Below, one piece after another: positions 17,647 to 27,399 of a stretch of DNA of 51,027 nt. A model generated the notes under the pieces. That model was given only the letters and a program-made list of their open reading frames with translations. It searched no databases and was not told where the DNA came from. Positions within the stretch are counted from its first letter, which is position 1. The number at the start of each line of letters is the position of its first letter. The translations under genes and the position numbers were made by a program. Source of the stretch: Candidatus Aenigmatarchaeota archaeon (GTDB taxonomy: Archaea > Aenigmatarchaeota > Aenigmatarchaeia > CG10238-14); contig JAWBZR010000004.1 of assembly GCA_044343545.1 (NCBI GenBank), positions 1 to 51,027 of the forward strand, given 5' to 3'.

Positions 17647-18162
17647 AGTCTCTACAACAATCTCACACTGCACTGGCAATTTCGTAGAAGATCTCCTCAA
17701 AGCCTCTTTTGCTATCTCAACATGCTCTTTGTTCACCTTTATAAGCATCAAATCCTCTCCAGAATAAATGATTACAGCCCTTCCTTTAGGTTTTCCAAAA
17801 GCTTTTCTCATACCCATAGAGAATCTATCTGCACCGGCACCAGTTGCGAGAGAGTGTTCTCTTAAAATCTGATGCGGATATTTTAATATTTTCATGAAAA
17901 AACCATCTTTACCTAACTTTTTTTCTATGTATTTATTCGCCACAACTCTTGCAGCTTCCATTGCATTTTCCCTTATTTGTACAGAACCTTTCACTCTTAA
18001 AAGAACTTTTGTGTCAAATTCTTTATCTTTAGCACCCATCTCAAATATATGAATTCTTGGATATGGTACACCAACTACATAACTCTTTTTCGGAACTCTT
18101 TGTGAAACTCTTGTCCAAGGTCTTTTTATTCTTCTTACACATCTTCCTGGTCTCAATGCCAT
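17638..18162 (-). CDS. rpl10e: 50S ribosomal protein uL16 (L10e)
   Basis: LRPGRC and HQILREHSLATGAGADRFSMGMRKAFGKPKG. Confidence 0.97.
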   Translation of the reverse strand: MALRPGRCVRRIKRPWTRVSQRVPKKSYVVGVPYPRIHIFEMGAKDKEFDTKVLLRVKGSVQIRENAMEAARVVANKYIEKKLGKDGFFMKILKYPHQILREHSLATGAGADRFSMGMRKAFGKPKGRAVIIYSGEDLMLIKVNKEHVEIAKEALRRSSTKLPVQCEIVVETLN

Positions 18163-18213
18163 AAAATCTACCCTTAGTAAATGATATTTATAATTTTTAA
18201 ATGTTTTTGCATA

Positions 18214-18534
18214 TTAACTTATTTTTGCACCATTCTCTATAAACCTTTCAGGCTTCAACAATACTACCTTATCATTATATGTAGCTGCCAATATCATGCC
18301 TTCAGAAACTTCTCCCATTATCTTTGCATGTTGAAGGTTGGTGACGAAAACGAACTGCTTTCCTTCCAATTCTTCTGGCTTGTAAAAATTTTTTATTCCT
18401 GAAACTATTTGCCTCGTCTCACTTCCAAAATTAACCTTTAGCTTATAAAGATTCTTAGAACCTTTTATTTCTTCTATCTTTTCTACAGTCCCAATTTTCA
18501 TTTCGACTTTCTTGAATTCGTCTATAGAAATCAT
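18214..18534 (-). CDS. Free-standing tRNA-binding OB domain (Trbp111/EMAP II, MetRS C-terminal-like)
   Basis: ISIDEFKKVEMKIG, RQIVSGIK and VTNLQHAKIMGEVSEGMILAA. Confidence 0.92.
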   Translation of the reverse strand: MISIDEFKKVEMKIGTVEKIEEIKGSKNLYKLKVNFGSETRQIVSGIKNFYKPEELEGKQFVFVTNLQHAKIMGEVSEGMILAATYNDKVVLLKPERFIENGAKIS

Positions 18535-18621
18535 TAGAAATATTTAGTTTTGTAAAATATTTATTGGTTGTTTTCAAACATCATAAAAAATCGGAGCAAT
18601 CAAAGTTTCTAATTAACTAAA

Positions 18622-19149
18622 TTAATTATTGTAGGGTATATAAACAGTTGCAGGATATGGGTTTCTCGAGCCTATTATATGTCCGTTTTTTGTTCTTGGC
18701 GGATTATATTTTTTAACATTGCCTCTTATACCATCTTCATGTAAAACATCAATTATCGCACACCCATTTTTAATTTTTATCGCAGAACCTCTATCATGAC
18801 ATGTGAATTTTCCTTCGGTGCCATCGGGAAAATAAACAACAAATATAGTTCCAAAAGGATATTCTGGAGGACAAGCAGCATATGCTGTAGCGGTTTCAGG
18901 GTTCCATGCATATAATAATTTTCCTTTTTCGATAATTTTTGTTCCATCTGCTGTTGTCGAACAAGGAGGATAACAATTTATTCCTCCCCTTAATGGATTG
19001 TAATATACAATGTTAACACATGTTTGTTGAGTTCTGGAGGGTCTATTAGTTTGTTGATCATTTTTATAATTTCTTCCACATGATAAAATACCGACCCCGA
19101 TAATAAAAAGAAAACCGAGAAGCAAAATTTCACCAACATTTTTGCCCAT
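18622..19149 (-). CDS. Putative lipoprotein with a 3D (MltA-like) domain
   Basis: Signal ending GILSC; AACPPEYPFGT...CHDRGSAIK...IIDVL matches the 3D consensus AVDPxxIPLGT...EDTGGAIKG..IDVY. Confidence 0.65.
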   Translation of the reverse strand: MGKNVGEILLLGFLFIIGVGILSCGRNYKNDQQTNRPSRTQQTCVNIVYYNPLRGGINCYPPCSTTADGTKIIEKGKLLYAWNPETATAYAACPPEYPFGTIFVVYFPDGTEGKFTCHDRGSAIKIKNGCAIIDVLHEDGIRGNVKKYNPPRTKNGHIIGSRNPYPATVYIPYNN

Positions 19150-19182
19150 GTATTTCAAAAAAAACATTAAACTTTTTATCTT

Positions 19183-20676
19183 TTACTTTAAAAACTTGAA
19201 AATCATTTCAGATTTTATTTTACCTTTAACTTCTTCGTTTAGAGATTTGAAATTTATCTTTTCGACGCCTATTAATTTCAGCGCCCTTTCCGATGAATGT
19301 GGAATGAAAGGATATAATAAAATCCACAAGTTTTTAGTCAATTGAAGCGATGTTCTCAAACTCTTTTCACATCTTTTTTTATCTTCCTTTATAGTTTCCC
19401 AAGGCTTCTCTTCTTGAAAGTACTTGTTTATTTTGTCAGATAAATTAATCAAGCTTATTAACGCTTCATTAAGTTTATAGTTTTCCATAAGATTCAAATA
19501 TCTTTTAAATTCATTCTCAAATAACTCAACCATATTTTCTTCTAACGTAGCATCAGGTACTTTACCGTCAAAATTTTTTTCTATAAAAGACGTCACTCTA
19601 TAAAACAAGTTTGAAATCTTGGCAACTAGTTCATTGTTTACCCTTTCTATTAACATCTTTTCCGAAAAATCACCGTCAGCAAATACAGGCATATCTCTCA
19701 TTAAATAATATCTTAATTCATCAACACCATACTTTTTAATCATCTCGAACGGATCTATCACATTACCTAGAGATTTACTCATCTTTTTACCTTCAACGTT
19801 TACATATCCATGAACAAATATAGATTTTGGTAAATCTAGCTTAGCTGATAGAAGCATTGCAGGCCAATAAATAGCATGAAATCTCACAATACCTTTTCCA
19901 ATAACATGCATGTCGGCAGGCCAAAATTTTTTGAATTTTTCTTCATCTCTCCCAAACCCTATGGCTGTTATGTAATTGGCGAGAGCATCAAACCACACGT
20001 ATATTATTTGGCTTTCATCTCCAGGAACAGGTATACCCCAACCTTTCATCCTTTCTTTCGGCCTTGACACGCTAAAATCTTCCAAACCCCCCTCAATGAA
20101 GCTCAATACTTCATTTTTTCTTGCTTCCGGAATTATCTTTATCTTTTCCTTTTCGATTATTTCCAATAACTCACTTTCATATCTTGATAATCTAAAAAAG
20201 TAATTTTCCTCTTCCACCAATTCCGGCTTTTTCAAATGCTCTGGACATAAACCATCTACCAGGTCTTTTTCTGTCAAAAAAGCCTCACAACCAACACAAT
20301 ATAAACCAGAGTATTTTTTCTTATAGATATCTCCATTTTCTTTACATAACTCCCACAATTTTTTTACTCCAACCCAATGCCTTTTCACATCCGTAGTTCT
20401 TATGAAATCATTGTTTGATATACATAACTTTTTTGTCAAGTCTTCGAAGAGTGCAGCATTCTTGTCGACAAGTTCTTTCACATTAATTCCGATTTTTTCT
20501 GCAGCCAAAGCATTTTTTTGTGCATTTTCATCTGTTCCTGTCAAGAAAAATACATTTTTTTCTAACATTCTATTGAATCTTGCAATGACATCTGTTTGCA
20601 CGAGCTCTAAAGCAAAACCTATGTGAGGTGATGAATTGACGTAAGGAATTGCCGTGGTTATGTAAAATTTATTCAT
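19183..20676 (-). CDS. metG: Methionyl-tRNA synthetase (no C-terminal tRNA-binding domain; single Zn knuckle)
   Basis: FYITTAIPYVN, HIGF, GTDEN, CVGC...CPEH, YVWFDAL and KMSKS motifs. Confidence 0.97.
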   Translation of the reverse strand: MNKFYITTAIPYVNSSPHIGFALELVQTDVIARFNRMLEKNVFFLTGTDENAQKNALAAEKIGINVKELVDKNAALFEDLTKKLCISNNDFIRTTDVKRHWVGVKKLWELCKENGDIYKKKYSGLYCVGCEAFLTEKDLVDGLCPEHLKKPELVEEENYFFRLSRYESELLEIIEKEKIKIIPEARKNEVLSFIEGGLEDFSVSRPKERMKGWGIPVPGDESQIIYVWFDALANYITAIGFGRDEEKFKKFWPADMHVIGKGIVRFHAIYWPAMLLSAKLDLPKSIFVHGYVNVEGKKMSKSLGNVIDPFEMIKKYGVDELRYYLMRDMPVFADGDFSEKMLIERVNNELVAKISNLFYRVTSFIEKNFDGKVPDATLEENMVELFENEFKRYLNLMENYKLNEALISLINLSDKINKYFQEEKPWETIKEDKKRCEKSLRTSLQLTKNLWILLYPFIPHSSERALKLIGVEKINFKSLNEEVKGKIKSEMIFKFLK

Positions 20677-20734
20677 TTTTCCACCCAATTTCAATTTAAC
20701 AAAAATTAATAATTTAAAAATTTAATTTTAGTTA

Positions 20735-21562
20735 ATGCAAAAAATATTTCTTGGCCCTGGAGGAAATTGTATTTCTGCAAAGGATAAAACCACTATAGGT
20801 TCCTTTAAGCAATTGAAATATTTAGGATTAAATTGTCAAGAAATAGAATTTGTGAGATCTATTTATTTGAATGAAAAAACCGCAAAAGAGGTTAGCACAG
20901 CATCAAGTGAGATGAAAATAAAATTGTCGATACATGCTCCATATTTTATAAACTTGGCATCTGAAAAAACTAAAACCATAGAAAACAGCAAGAGATTGAT
21001 ATTGGCTTGCGCTCGCATAGCAGAAATTTTAAATGCAAACATGGTTGTCATTCATTCAGGCTATTACATAAAAAACGACAAGGAAAAAACTTATTCGCTA
21101 ATAAAAGAAGCATATTTGGATTTGATAGATAAAATGAATCAAGAAGGAATAAAAAATGTTAGTTTAGCTCTGGAGACGATGGGAAAAAATTCTCAGTTTG
21201 GTTCTTTGGAAGAAATAATTCAAATGTGCAAAGAAGTTAAAGGTCTTTTACCTTGCATAGATTGGGCGCATATATATGTGAGAAATAACGGAAAAATAGA
21301 TTACGGAGAGATATTTGACAAGTTGGAAAATTTAAAACTTGATCATATACATTCTCATTTTGAAGGCGTGAAATATAATGTAAAAGAAAAAAAGTTTGTT
21401 GACGTCCATACACCTTTAGATTCACATCCACCCTTCGAGCCTTTGGCGAAAGAAATTTTGAAAAGAAAAACCAACATAACAATAATATCAGAATCTCCTA
21501 TATTGGAGTTGGATAGTTTGAAAATGAAGAAAGTTTTTGAAAAATTAGGTTATAAATTCTGA
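20735..21562 (+). CDS. Endonuclease IV-like TIM-barrel protein (AP endonuclease family 2)
   Basis: SIHAPYFINL, VIHSGY, LETMGK, CIDWAH, HSHF and ISESP motifs. Confidence 0.88.
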   Translation: MQKIFLGPGGNCISAKDKTTIGSFKQLKYLGLNCQEIEFVRSIYLNEKTAKEVSTASSEMKIKLSIHAPYFINLASEKTKTIENSKRLILACARIAEILNANMVVIHSGYYIKNDKEKTYSLIKEAYLDLIDKMNQEGIKNVSLALETMGKNSQFGSLEEIIQMCKEVKGLLPCIDWAHIYVRNNGKIDYGEIFDKLENLKLDHIHSHFEGVKYNVKEKKFVDVHTPLDSHPPFEPLAKEILKRKTNITIISESPILELDSLKMKKVFEKLGYKF

Positions 21563-21580
21563 AAAATTTACTTCACGAAC

Positions 21581-22012
21581 TCATATGTCTAAAACAACTC
21601 TTGCTTTCCATCCATTTTTTGTTTCTTCTATCTTAAACTTGTGTAGTGTGACAGCTTTTACATCAACCAATAATTCATGTCTTTCAGGATCAATTTTTTC
21701 ACCAAAGCACTCACACTTGACTTTCCACTTTCCGTTAATGGGCAATATTTGAATATCAAATCTACTAAACAAAAGTCGTTCCACATCTTTTATCAACACT
21801 AATTCAGAAAGAAAATTAAACAAAAGCATCTCTATATTTTCAGCTTCTTTTTCAAAATAATATCTTTCTGTTGGTTTTAATTTTCTCGAATCTTTTATTT
21901 GAACATCAGTTAAGGCATGTCCAGCCGATTCAAACAATTCTTTTAGCGTTCTTCCAGTAGCTTCAAATTCAACATCTGCAATAGAAACATCTTCAAAAAA
22001 TTTGTATGCCAT
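21581..22012 (-). CDS. Archease
   Basis: DVSIADVEFEATG and DVKAVTLH...VVLDI motifs. Confidence 0.93.
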   Translation of the reverse strand: MAYKFFEDVSIADVEFEATGRTLKELFESAGHALTDVQIKDSRKLKPTERYYFEKEAENIEMLLFNFLSELVLIKDVERLLFSRFDIQILPINGKWKVKCECFGEKIDPERHELLVDVKAVTLHKFKIEETKNGWKARVVLDI

Positions 22013-22037
22013 AAAAAATCACATTATATTTAATTCA

Positions 22038-22349
22038 TTAAAAAGCTTTTAATTTTTTGACAAATCTTTTGTACCATTCAAATTCGTCATAATTTACCAA
22101 ATGAAGCTCAAAAGGTGTAAAAATGCCAATCTTCTTCCAAATCATAGCTTTTATTTTACTTCTTTCAGAAATTTTTTTAGGCATATTTTTTGAAACTATC
22201 AAAATATCAATATCGCTTGTTGGCAAATACTTGCCTTCAACAAAAGAGCCAAAAAGATAAAATTCAGCCTGCTTCAATTCTTTCAGACAAATTTTTTTTA
22301 TATCTTTTAAACTTTTCATCCATTTTTTTAGGTCATAATCTCTTTTCAT
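22038..22349 (-). CDS. Minimal nucleotidyltransferase (MNT)
   Basis: YLFGSFVEG...SDIDILIV and FELHLV motifs; start overlaps the HEPN gene stop. Confidence 0.9.
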   Translation of the reverse strand: MKRDYDLKKWMKSLKDIKKICLKELKQAEFYLFGSFVEGKYLPTSDIDILIVSKNMPKKISERSKIKAMIWKKIGIFTPFELHLVNYDEFEWYKRFVKKLKAF

Positions 22350-22725
22350 ATTTCTCAACCAAATTTTTTATTTTTTCAGAAAAATCAATCATTCTTTCAA
22401 CTTCTTCTTTTAAGAATTCTATTGGCAAGTATCTGGCACCTATGTAAGCACTCTCAAGGTCACCTATAATTTCTATATTGCTTTTCATTATTTTTTCAAA
22501 ATCTTTTATATATTTTGAAATTTCTTTAAACAAAAACTTCAATGAATGTGTTTTTGGATAATCGCCTTTTTTTTGAAAAATTAAATATTTCAAAAAAAGT
22601 TGCACAGATTGTTCCAAACTGAAAGCTGCTAGATCAAACTTTCCTTCCTTAAAATTTCTTTTACCATTTTCCAAAAAATCTATTGCTCTTTTCTTTAAGA
22701 ACAAGGCATTTTCAAAAACAGACAT
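22333..22725 (-). CDS. HEPN domain protein
   Basis: FDLAAFSLEQSVQLFLK, PKTHSL and YIGARY motifs. Confidence 0.9.
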   Translation of the reverse strand: MSVFENALFLKKRAIDFLENGKRNFKEGKFDLAAFSLEQSVQLFLKYLIFQKKGDYPKTHSLKFLFKEISKYIKDFEKIMKSNIEIIGDLESAYIGARYLPIEFLKEEVERMIDFSEKIKNLVEKYEKRL

Positions 22726-22758
22726 GATTATTTTATTGCTTTAAACAGTTTAATTCTT

Positions 22759-24243
22759 TTATCCCTTTATATTAGCTATAGGTCTCAATTTCAAAACCTT
22801 TAGGCTTATTCCAGCTTTATGCATAGATTCAACAACTTCGTTTATATCCTTATAAGCTTCACCAGCTTCTTCTGCCAAGCCAGACATCGTTGTCGCTTTA
22901 ACATATATTCCTTTTTCAAGCATTTTCTTTTGCAAAACTTCTCCTCTGAACATATGTTTAGCTTTTGTTCTACTCATAGTTCTTCCACTACCATGTAGAG
23001 TTGTGCCAAAAGTTTCTTCTTCTGCTTTTCTAGTTCCAACACATAAAAAACTTCCTGTTTCCATGCTTCCACCAACAATAACGGGTTGGCCAGTTTTCTT
23101 ATATATATCAGATAACTCGCTATTGCCTGGGCCAAAGGATCTAGTGGCACCCTTTCGATGAACTATAAATTTCTTTTTTCCGCCATTCCATACATGCTCT
23201 TCCAATTTTGCTGTATTGTGAGCCACGTCATAAATTATTTCCATTTCTAATTCTTCAGCCGACTTGTTGAAAATTTTTTCAAAAGCCCTTCTAATTTGAT
23301 ATGTTATTAATTGCCTATTCACAAAAGCAAAGTTGATTCCACAACCCATTGCGCCCAAAAAATCTTGACCTTCTTGCGATTCAAAAGGCGCGCAGGCTAA
23401 CTGCTGATCCGGCACATTTATCTTGTATTTTTTCATGGCTTTAATGAATATAGATAAATAGTCAGTGCAAATTTGATGACCAAAACCACGACTACCGCAA
23501 TGCACCATTATACAAATCTGGTCTTTTTCAGTTGCCAAACCCCATCTTCTTGCTATTTCTTCATCAAAAACTTTATCTATTACTTGTATTTCTAAGTAAT
23601 GGTTTCCCGAACCCAAAGTTCCTATTTGGCTTTTACCTCTGTTATAAGCTTCTCTACTAACCTTGGAAAAATCAGCGTAATTTACCCCACCTCTTTCTTC
23701 TATTCTTTCCAAATCTTCTTTCCAACCATAGCCATTTTCAATAGCCCACTTAACTCCTGTCTCGACAATTTCTTTAAATTTACTTTCGGGTATGTTGGCA
23801 ATCTCTTTCGGTTCTTGATAGGCAGTTGCACCAACACCAGCAGGAACCATCTTGAAGAGCAGGTCTGTCAATTCTTTTATTTTTGGTTTAACTTGCTCTA
23901 ATGTTAAATTAGTTTTTATTAGCCTCATCCCACAATTTTGATCAAAACCAATAGCTCCAGGAGAGATTATTCCTTCTTTCAAGTCAAAAGCCCCGCACCA
24001 ACCGACAGGCACGCCATAGCCCGCATGACCATCACTAAAAACGAAAGAATATTTTTGAATTCCTGGTAACATGGCAGCATTAGCTGCTTGCTCAAAAACT
24101 TCCAAGTCCATTTCATCTAATAGCTTTTTTGTTGCATAAATTCTAACAGGAACACGCATACCTTGCTTAAAGCTATTAGACACTTCCCAAACAACGTCAG
24201 ATATTTGTTTGAATTCCGGTTTCCTCAAACTATTAACCGTCAT
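22759..24243 (-). CDS. rtcB: RtcB tRNA-splicing/RNA repair ligase
   Basis: DGHAGYG, GFDQNCG, GSGNHY, HCGSRG, HRKGATR and HGSGR motifs; GGTGA before ATG 24243. Confidence 0.97.
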   Translation of the reverse strand: MTVNSLRKPEFKQISDVVWEVSNSFKQGMRVPVRIYATKKLLDEMDLEVFEQAANAAMLPGIQKYSFVFSDGHAGYGVPVGWCGAFDLKEGIISPGAIGFDQNCGMRLIKTNLTLEQVKPKIKELTDLLFKMVPAGVGATAYQEPKEIANIPESKFKEIVETGVKWAIENGYGWKEDLERIEERGGVNYADFSKVSREAYNRGKSQIGTLGSGNHYLEIQVIDKVFDEEIARRWGLATEKDQICIMVHCGSRGFGHQICTDYLSIFIKAMKKYKINVPDQQLACAPFESQEGQDFLGAMGCGINFAFVNRQLITYQIRRAFEKIFNKSAEELEMEIIYDVAHNTAKLEEHVWNGGKKKFIVHRKGATRSFGPGNSELSDIYKKTGQPVIVGGSMETGSFLCVGTRKAEEETFGTTLHGSGRTMSRTKAKHMFRGEVLQKKMLEKGIYVKATTMSGLAEEAGEAYKDINEVVESMHKAGISLKVLKLRPIANIKG

Positions 24244-24255
24244 AAAGCTCACCAA

Positions 24256-24555
24256 TCATGAAAACAATGCCTCTGATATTTTTTTCTTATCATTCCATAC
24301 CTTTATATATTTATTCCCGTCTTCTTTCGATTTTAATAGCAATTCTCTTCCTTTTGTTTTTGTTGGTATTATGTAAAATTCTTTCACAGAACCATCTTCA
24401 TATTTCAAGCATATCTTTTTCTTTCCATTCTCTAAGGGTTGGAAATTCTCAACATCCCTATAATCGTACAAGACAAATATACCTCTTCCCAAAAGGTTTC
24501 TTACTTCTATTTGTCCTTTCTTGTTTTTCGTCAAAACCTCGGGCGGATACTCCAT
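24256..24555 (-). CDS. Hypothetical protein upstream of rtcB
   Basis: 99-aa ORF ending 12 nt before the rtcB start; no family recognised. Confidence 0.6.
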   Translation of the reverse strand: MEYPPEVLTKNKKGQIEVRNLLGRGIFVLYDYRDVENFQPLENGKKKICLKYEDGSVKEFYIIPTKTKGRELLLKSKEDGNKYIKVWNDKKKISEALFS

Positions 24556-24591
24556 AAAAATAAATTATATCATTATCAAAATATAAGTGAA

Positions 24592-25209
24592 ATGGACAAA
24601 AATGAGAAGTTGATAATGGTTGTCGACAGAGATAAGCTATTTGCCGAAAAATATTTTAACGGTTTTTTAGAAGCCAACGAGTTTGATTACGAAAAAGTCA
24701 TTTTAAAGAACTATTATTTTGTCAAGAGAGGTTTGGCCGAAAAAGATTATAGCAAAAAACAGCCGATAGCTTACGTCATTATAATAAAACAGGGAAAAAT
24801 ATTTGCTTATCAAAGGGCACCTTCCACGAAAGAGCATGGCGATGAAAGATTGCAACACAAGTGGTCTTGGGGATTAGGTGGTCACATCGAAAAAATGGAT
24901 GAAAAAGAGGATCCAATAAAACATAGCATGTTAAGAGAGTTAAAGGAAGAAGTTGGTTTGATTAATCCTAACGTAACTTTGGTTGGCTACATAAATGACG
25001 ATTCGGATGACGTGGGTAAGGTGCATTTCGGTCTACTTTATTTCGCGGAAGCAGCTCAAGATATAAAACCAGTTTCAGCAGAACTTAAACAAGGAAGCTT
25101 TTTTTCACTTTCCCAGATTGAAGATATAGCCAAAAGAGAGCAAGTGGAGAGTTGGTCAAAGATAGCTTTATTAGCATTAAAACTATATTTTCATAAGCTT
25201 TATTCTTAA
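24592..25209 (+). CDS. NUDIX-family phosphoesterase (COG4112-like)
   Basis: KQPIAYV, GLGGHIE...LRELKEEVG Nudix box, INDDSDDVGKVHFG; start moved to ATG 24592. Confidence 0.85.
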   Translation: MDKNEKLIMVVDRDKLFAEKYFNGFLEANEFDYEKVILKNYYFVKRGLAEKDYSKKQPIAYVIIIKQGKIFAYQRAPSTKEHGDERLQHKWSWGLGGHIEKMDEKEDPIKHSMLRELKEEVGLINPNVTLVGYINDDSDDVGKVHFGLLYFAEAAQDIKPVSAELKQGSFFSLSQIEDIAKREQVESWSKIALLALKLYFHKLYS

Positions 25210-25247
25210 TATATTAAAGGAAAACAATAAATTATCAGGTGAGTTAA

Positions 25248-25532
25248 ATGCCAGTATCTACGGCACCTTATAAAAGAGAGTATTTGCACACGAAGAGGAG
25301 AGGTAGAGAGGCAACTATAATCTGCGGCATTTGCGGAAAGAAAGTGCCAAGATGGAAGACTTTCGAAACAAAAAAAGGATTCAAAATAACAGACCCCACA
25401 ATTCTTCAACAAGTGGACAAGCGATTGCTTCACTTGAATCAAGAAACACTAAAGCTATGTCCAAGTTGTGCAAGATTTCATCATGTAGTTAAAAAAGGAA
25501 AGTCTGTAAGAAAAAAGCATATGAAGGTTTGA
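25248..25532 (+). CDS. rps26e: 30S ribosomal protein eS26-like
   Basis: RRGR...CGICGKKVPRWK...DP...CPSCARFHHVVK: two CxxC pairs with eS26 spacing; basic. Confidence 0.72.
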   Translation: MPVSTAPYKREYLHTKRRGREATIICGICGKKVPRWKTFETKKGFKITDPTILQQVDKRLLHLNQETLKLCPSCARFHHVVKKGKSVRKKHMKV

Positions 25533-25533
25533 G

Positions 25534-27399
25534 ATGTCTGAAAAATATTCAACTTTGCAAGATTTACCTAATTTTTCTATGGAATACGCTCAAGAGTTTG
25601 TGGAATTTCCATCATCAGACGATATAACTTCAGTTGATGTCAGATACCCGTTAATCAAATCGTTCGCATACGCTCACATAAAATGGAATCCTGATATTCA
25701 GCAACTCGTGTATTACTTGGAAGAGCCTAAACTTACAAACGAAGAAAAGAAAATGCTAACAGCTATTACCGATGAGCTGGTGGATGCCATAGAAGTTGGC
25801 GTTAATGCAATAAAGGATAAGTTTAGAGCCGAGCAATACTTGCAATCTCAAGTAATAAAGATCATAGAGCATTTGAACATCTCACTTACAAAAGATCAAT
25901 TCATAAAAATAATGTATTACATTTACAGGGATTTTATAGGGCTTAACAAGATAGAGCCCATTTTGAAGGATCCGTGGGTAGAAGATATAGGTTGCGATGG
26001 TTTAAATATTCCTATATATGTAGTTCATCGAAAATACGGTTCGATCCAGACTAACGTAAAGTTTGAGGATTTGGCAGAATTGAGAGATTTTGTTATAAAA
26101 TTGGCAGAAAAGTGTGGAAGATATATAAGCTATGCCGAGCCGATACTAGATGGAACGTTGCCTGATGGAAGCAGAATAAATGCCAGCTTGGCAGGTGATG
26201 TCACAACTCGAGGACCAACATTTAGCATAAGAAAGTTTTCTGAAAGACCCTACTCTCCAGTTGAGCTCATAGAATTTAACACTTTGTCAAGCGACATGAT
26301 GGCTTTTTTGTGGTATTTGGTGGAGAATGGTGCTTCGATATTAATCGCGGGAGGAGTGGCTACCGGAAAAACAACTTTTCTCAATTCCATTAGCATGTTC
26401 ATTCCACCCGAAGCGAAGATTGTGAGTATAGAAGATACGAGAGAACTGAAGTTGCCTCACGAGCATTGGATACCAGCTGTAGCTAGATTGGGTTTTGGAA
26501 TGTCTTTGCCTACAGGAGAAAAATACGGTGAAATCACTTTATTTGATCTTCTCAAAAGCTCTTTCAGGCAAAACCCTGACTATGTGATAGTAGGAGAGGT
26601 TAGAGGAAAGGAAGCTTATGTTCTTTTTCAAGGAATTTCTTCCGGTCATCCGTCATTGACAACGTTTCATGCAGGCAACATAGACACTGTTATTAAGAGA
26701 TTGACAACACCACCCATCGAGCTCTCTCCTTCTTTGGTCGAGTCCTTAGATGCGGTTGTGATAATGTCTCACGCAAGAGAAAAAGGAAAATCTGCGAGAA
26801 GGGTGAAAGAAATAGAAGAAATAAAATCAATAGATCCCGAAACATTGAAGGTCGTTACCAATAGGGTTGCTGAGTGGGATCCTGCAAGTGATAAGTTCAG
26901 GTTTTATGGCAATAGTCTATCCATCGAAAAAATCTGTCATTTCAAAGGAATACAGATAGAAGAAGCATGGAAAGAGATAGCAAGAAGAAAATCCGTGCTT
27001 GAATGGATGTTGAATAATGGAATAAAGGATTATGAAAAGGTTACGGCCATAATAAATGAATATTACAAAAACCCAGAGAAAGTTTTGGAGAGAGTGGGGA
27101 AGATATCCGAGTTGCAATTGAGCGAGCCTAAAACAGTCGAAATAGCGGTTAAAGAGGAAAGACCGATAAAGGTAGTGGTAGAGCAGTTATTAAGCCAAGA
27201 GCCCGTAAAACCCTTAATTCAGCCGATAATACAAGTGCCAATAGAGGAAAAAAAGCCAAAGGAAAGAAAGACGGAAGATGAAATACTAGAAAGAGAGAGT
27301 TTCGAAATGGCAAACAAAGAAATACAACATCTTTTACAAAAAGAAACCAAGAGGAAAAAAATTGAAAAGATTTTTGGTTACAAAATAATTTCAGAATAG
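25534..27399 (+). CDS. Type IV pilus assembly ATPase (FlaI/TadA/VirB11 family)
   Basis: Walker A GGVATGKTT, Asp box IEDTREL, Walker B VIVGEVRG, His box GHPSLTTFHA. Confidence 0.95.
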   Translation: MSEKYSTLQDLPNFSMEYAQEFVEFPSSDDITSVDVRYPLIKSFAYAHIKWNPDIQQLVYYLEEPKLTNEEKKMLTAITDELVDAIEVGVNAIKDKFRAEQYLQSQVIKIIEHLNISLTKDQFIKIMYYIYRDFIGLNKIEPILKDPWVEDIGCDGLNIPIYVVHRKYGSIQTNVKFEDLAELRDFVIKLAEKCGRYISYAEPILDGTLPDGSRINASLAGDVTTRGPTFSIRKFSERPYSPVELIEFNTLSSDMMAFLWYLVENGASILIAGGVATGKTTFLNSISMFIPPEAKIVSIEDTRELKLPHEHWIPAVARLGFGMSLPTGEKYGEITLFDLLKSSFRQNPDYVIVGEVRGKEAYVLFQGISSGHPSLTTFHAGNIDTVIKRLTTPPIELSPSLVESLDAVVIMSHAREKGKSARRVKEIEEIKSIDPETLKVVTNRVAEWDPASDKFRFYGNSLSIEKICHFKGIQIEEAWKEIARRKSVLEWMLNNGIKDYEKVTAIINEYYKNPEKVLERVGKISELQLSEPKTVEIAVKEERPIKVVVEQLLSQEPVKPLIQPIIQVPIEEKKPKERKTEDEILERESFEMANKEIQHLLQKETKRKKIEKIFGYKIISE

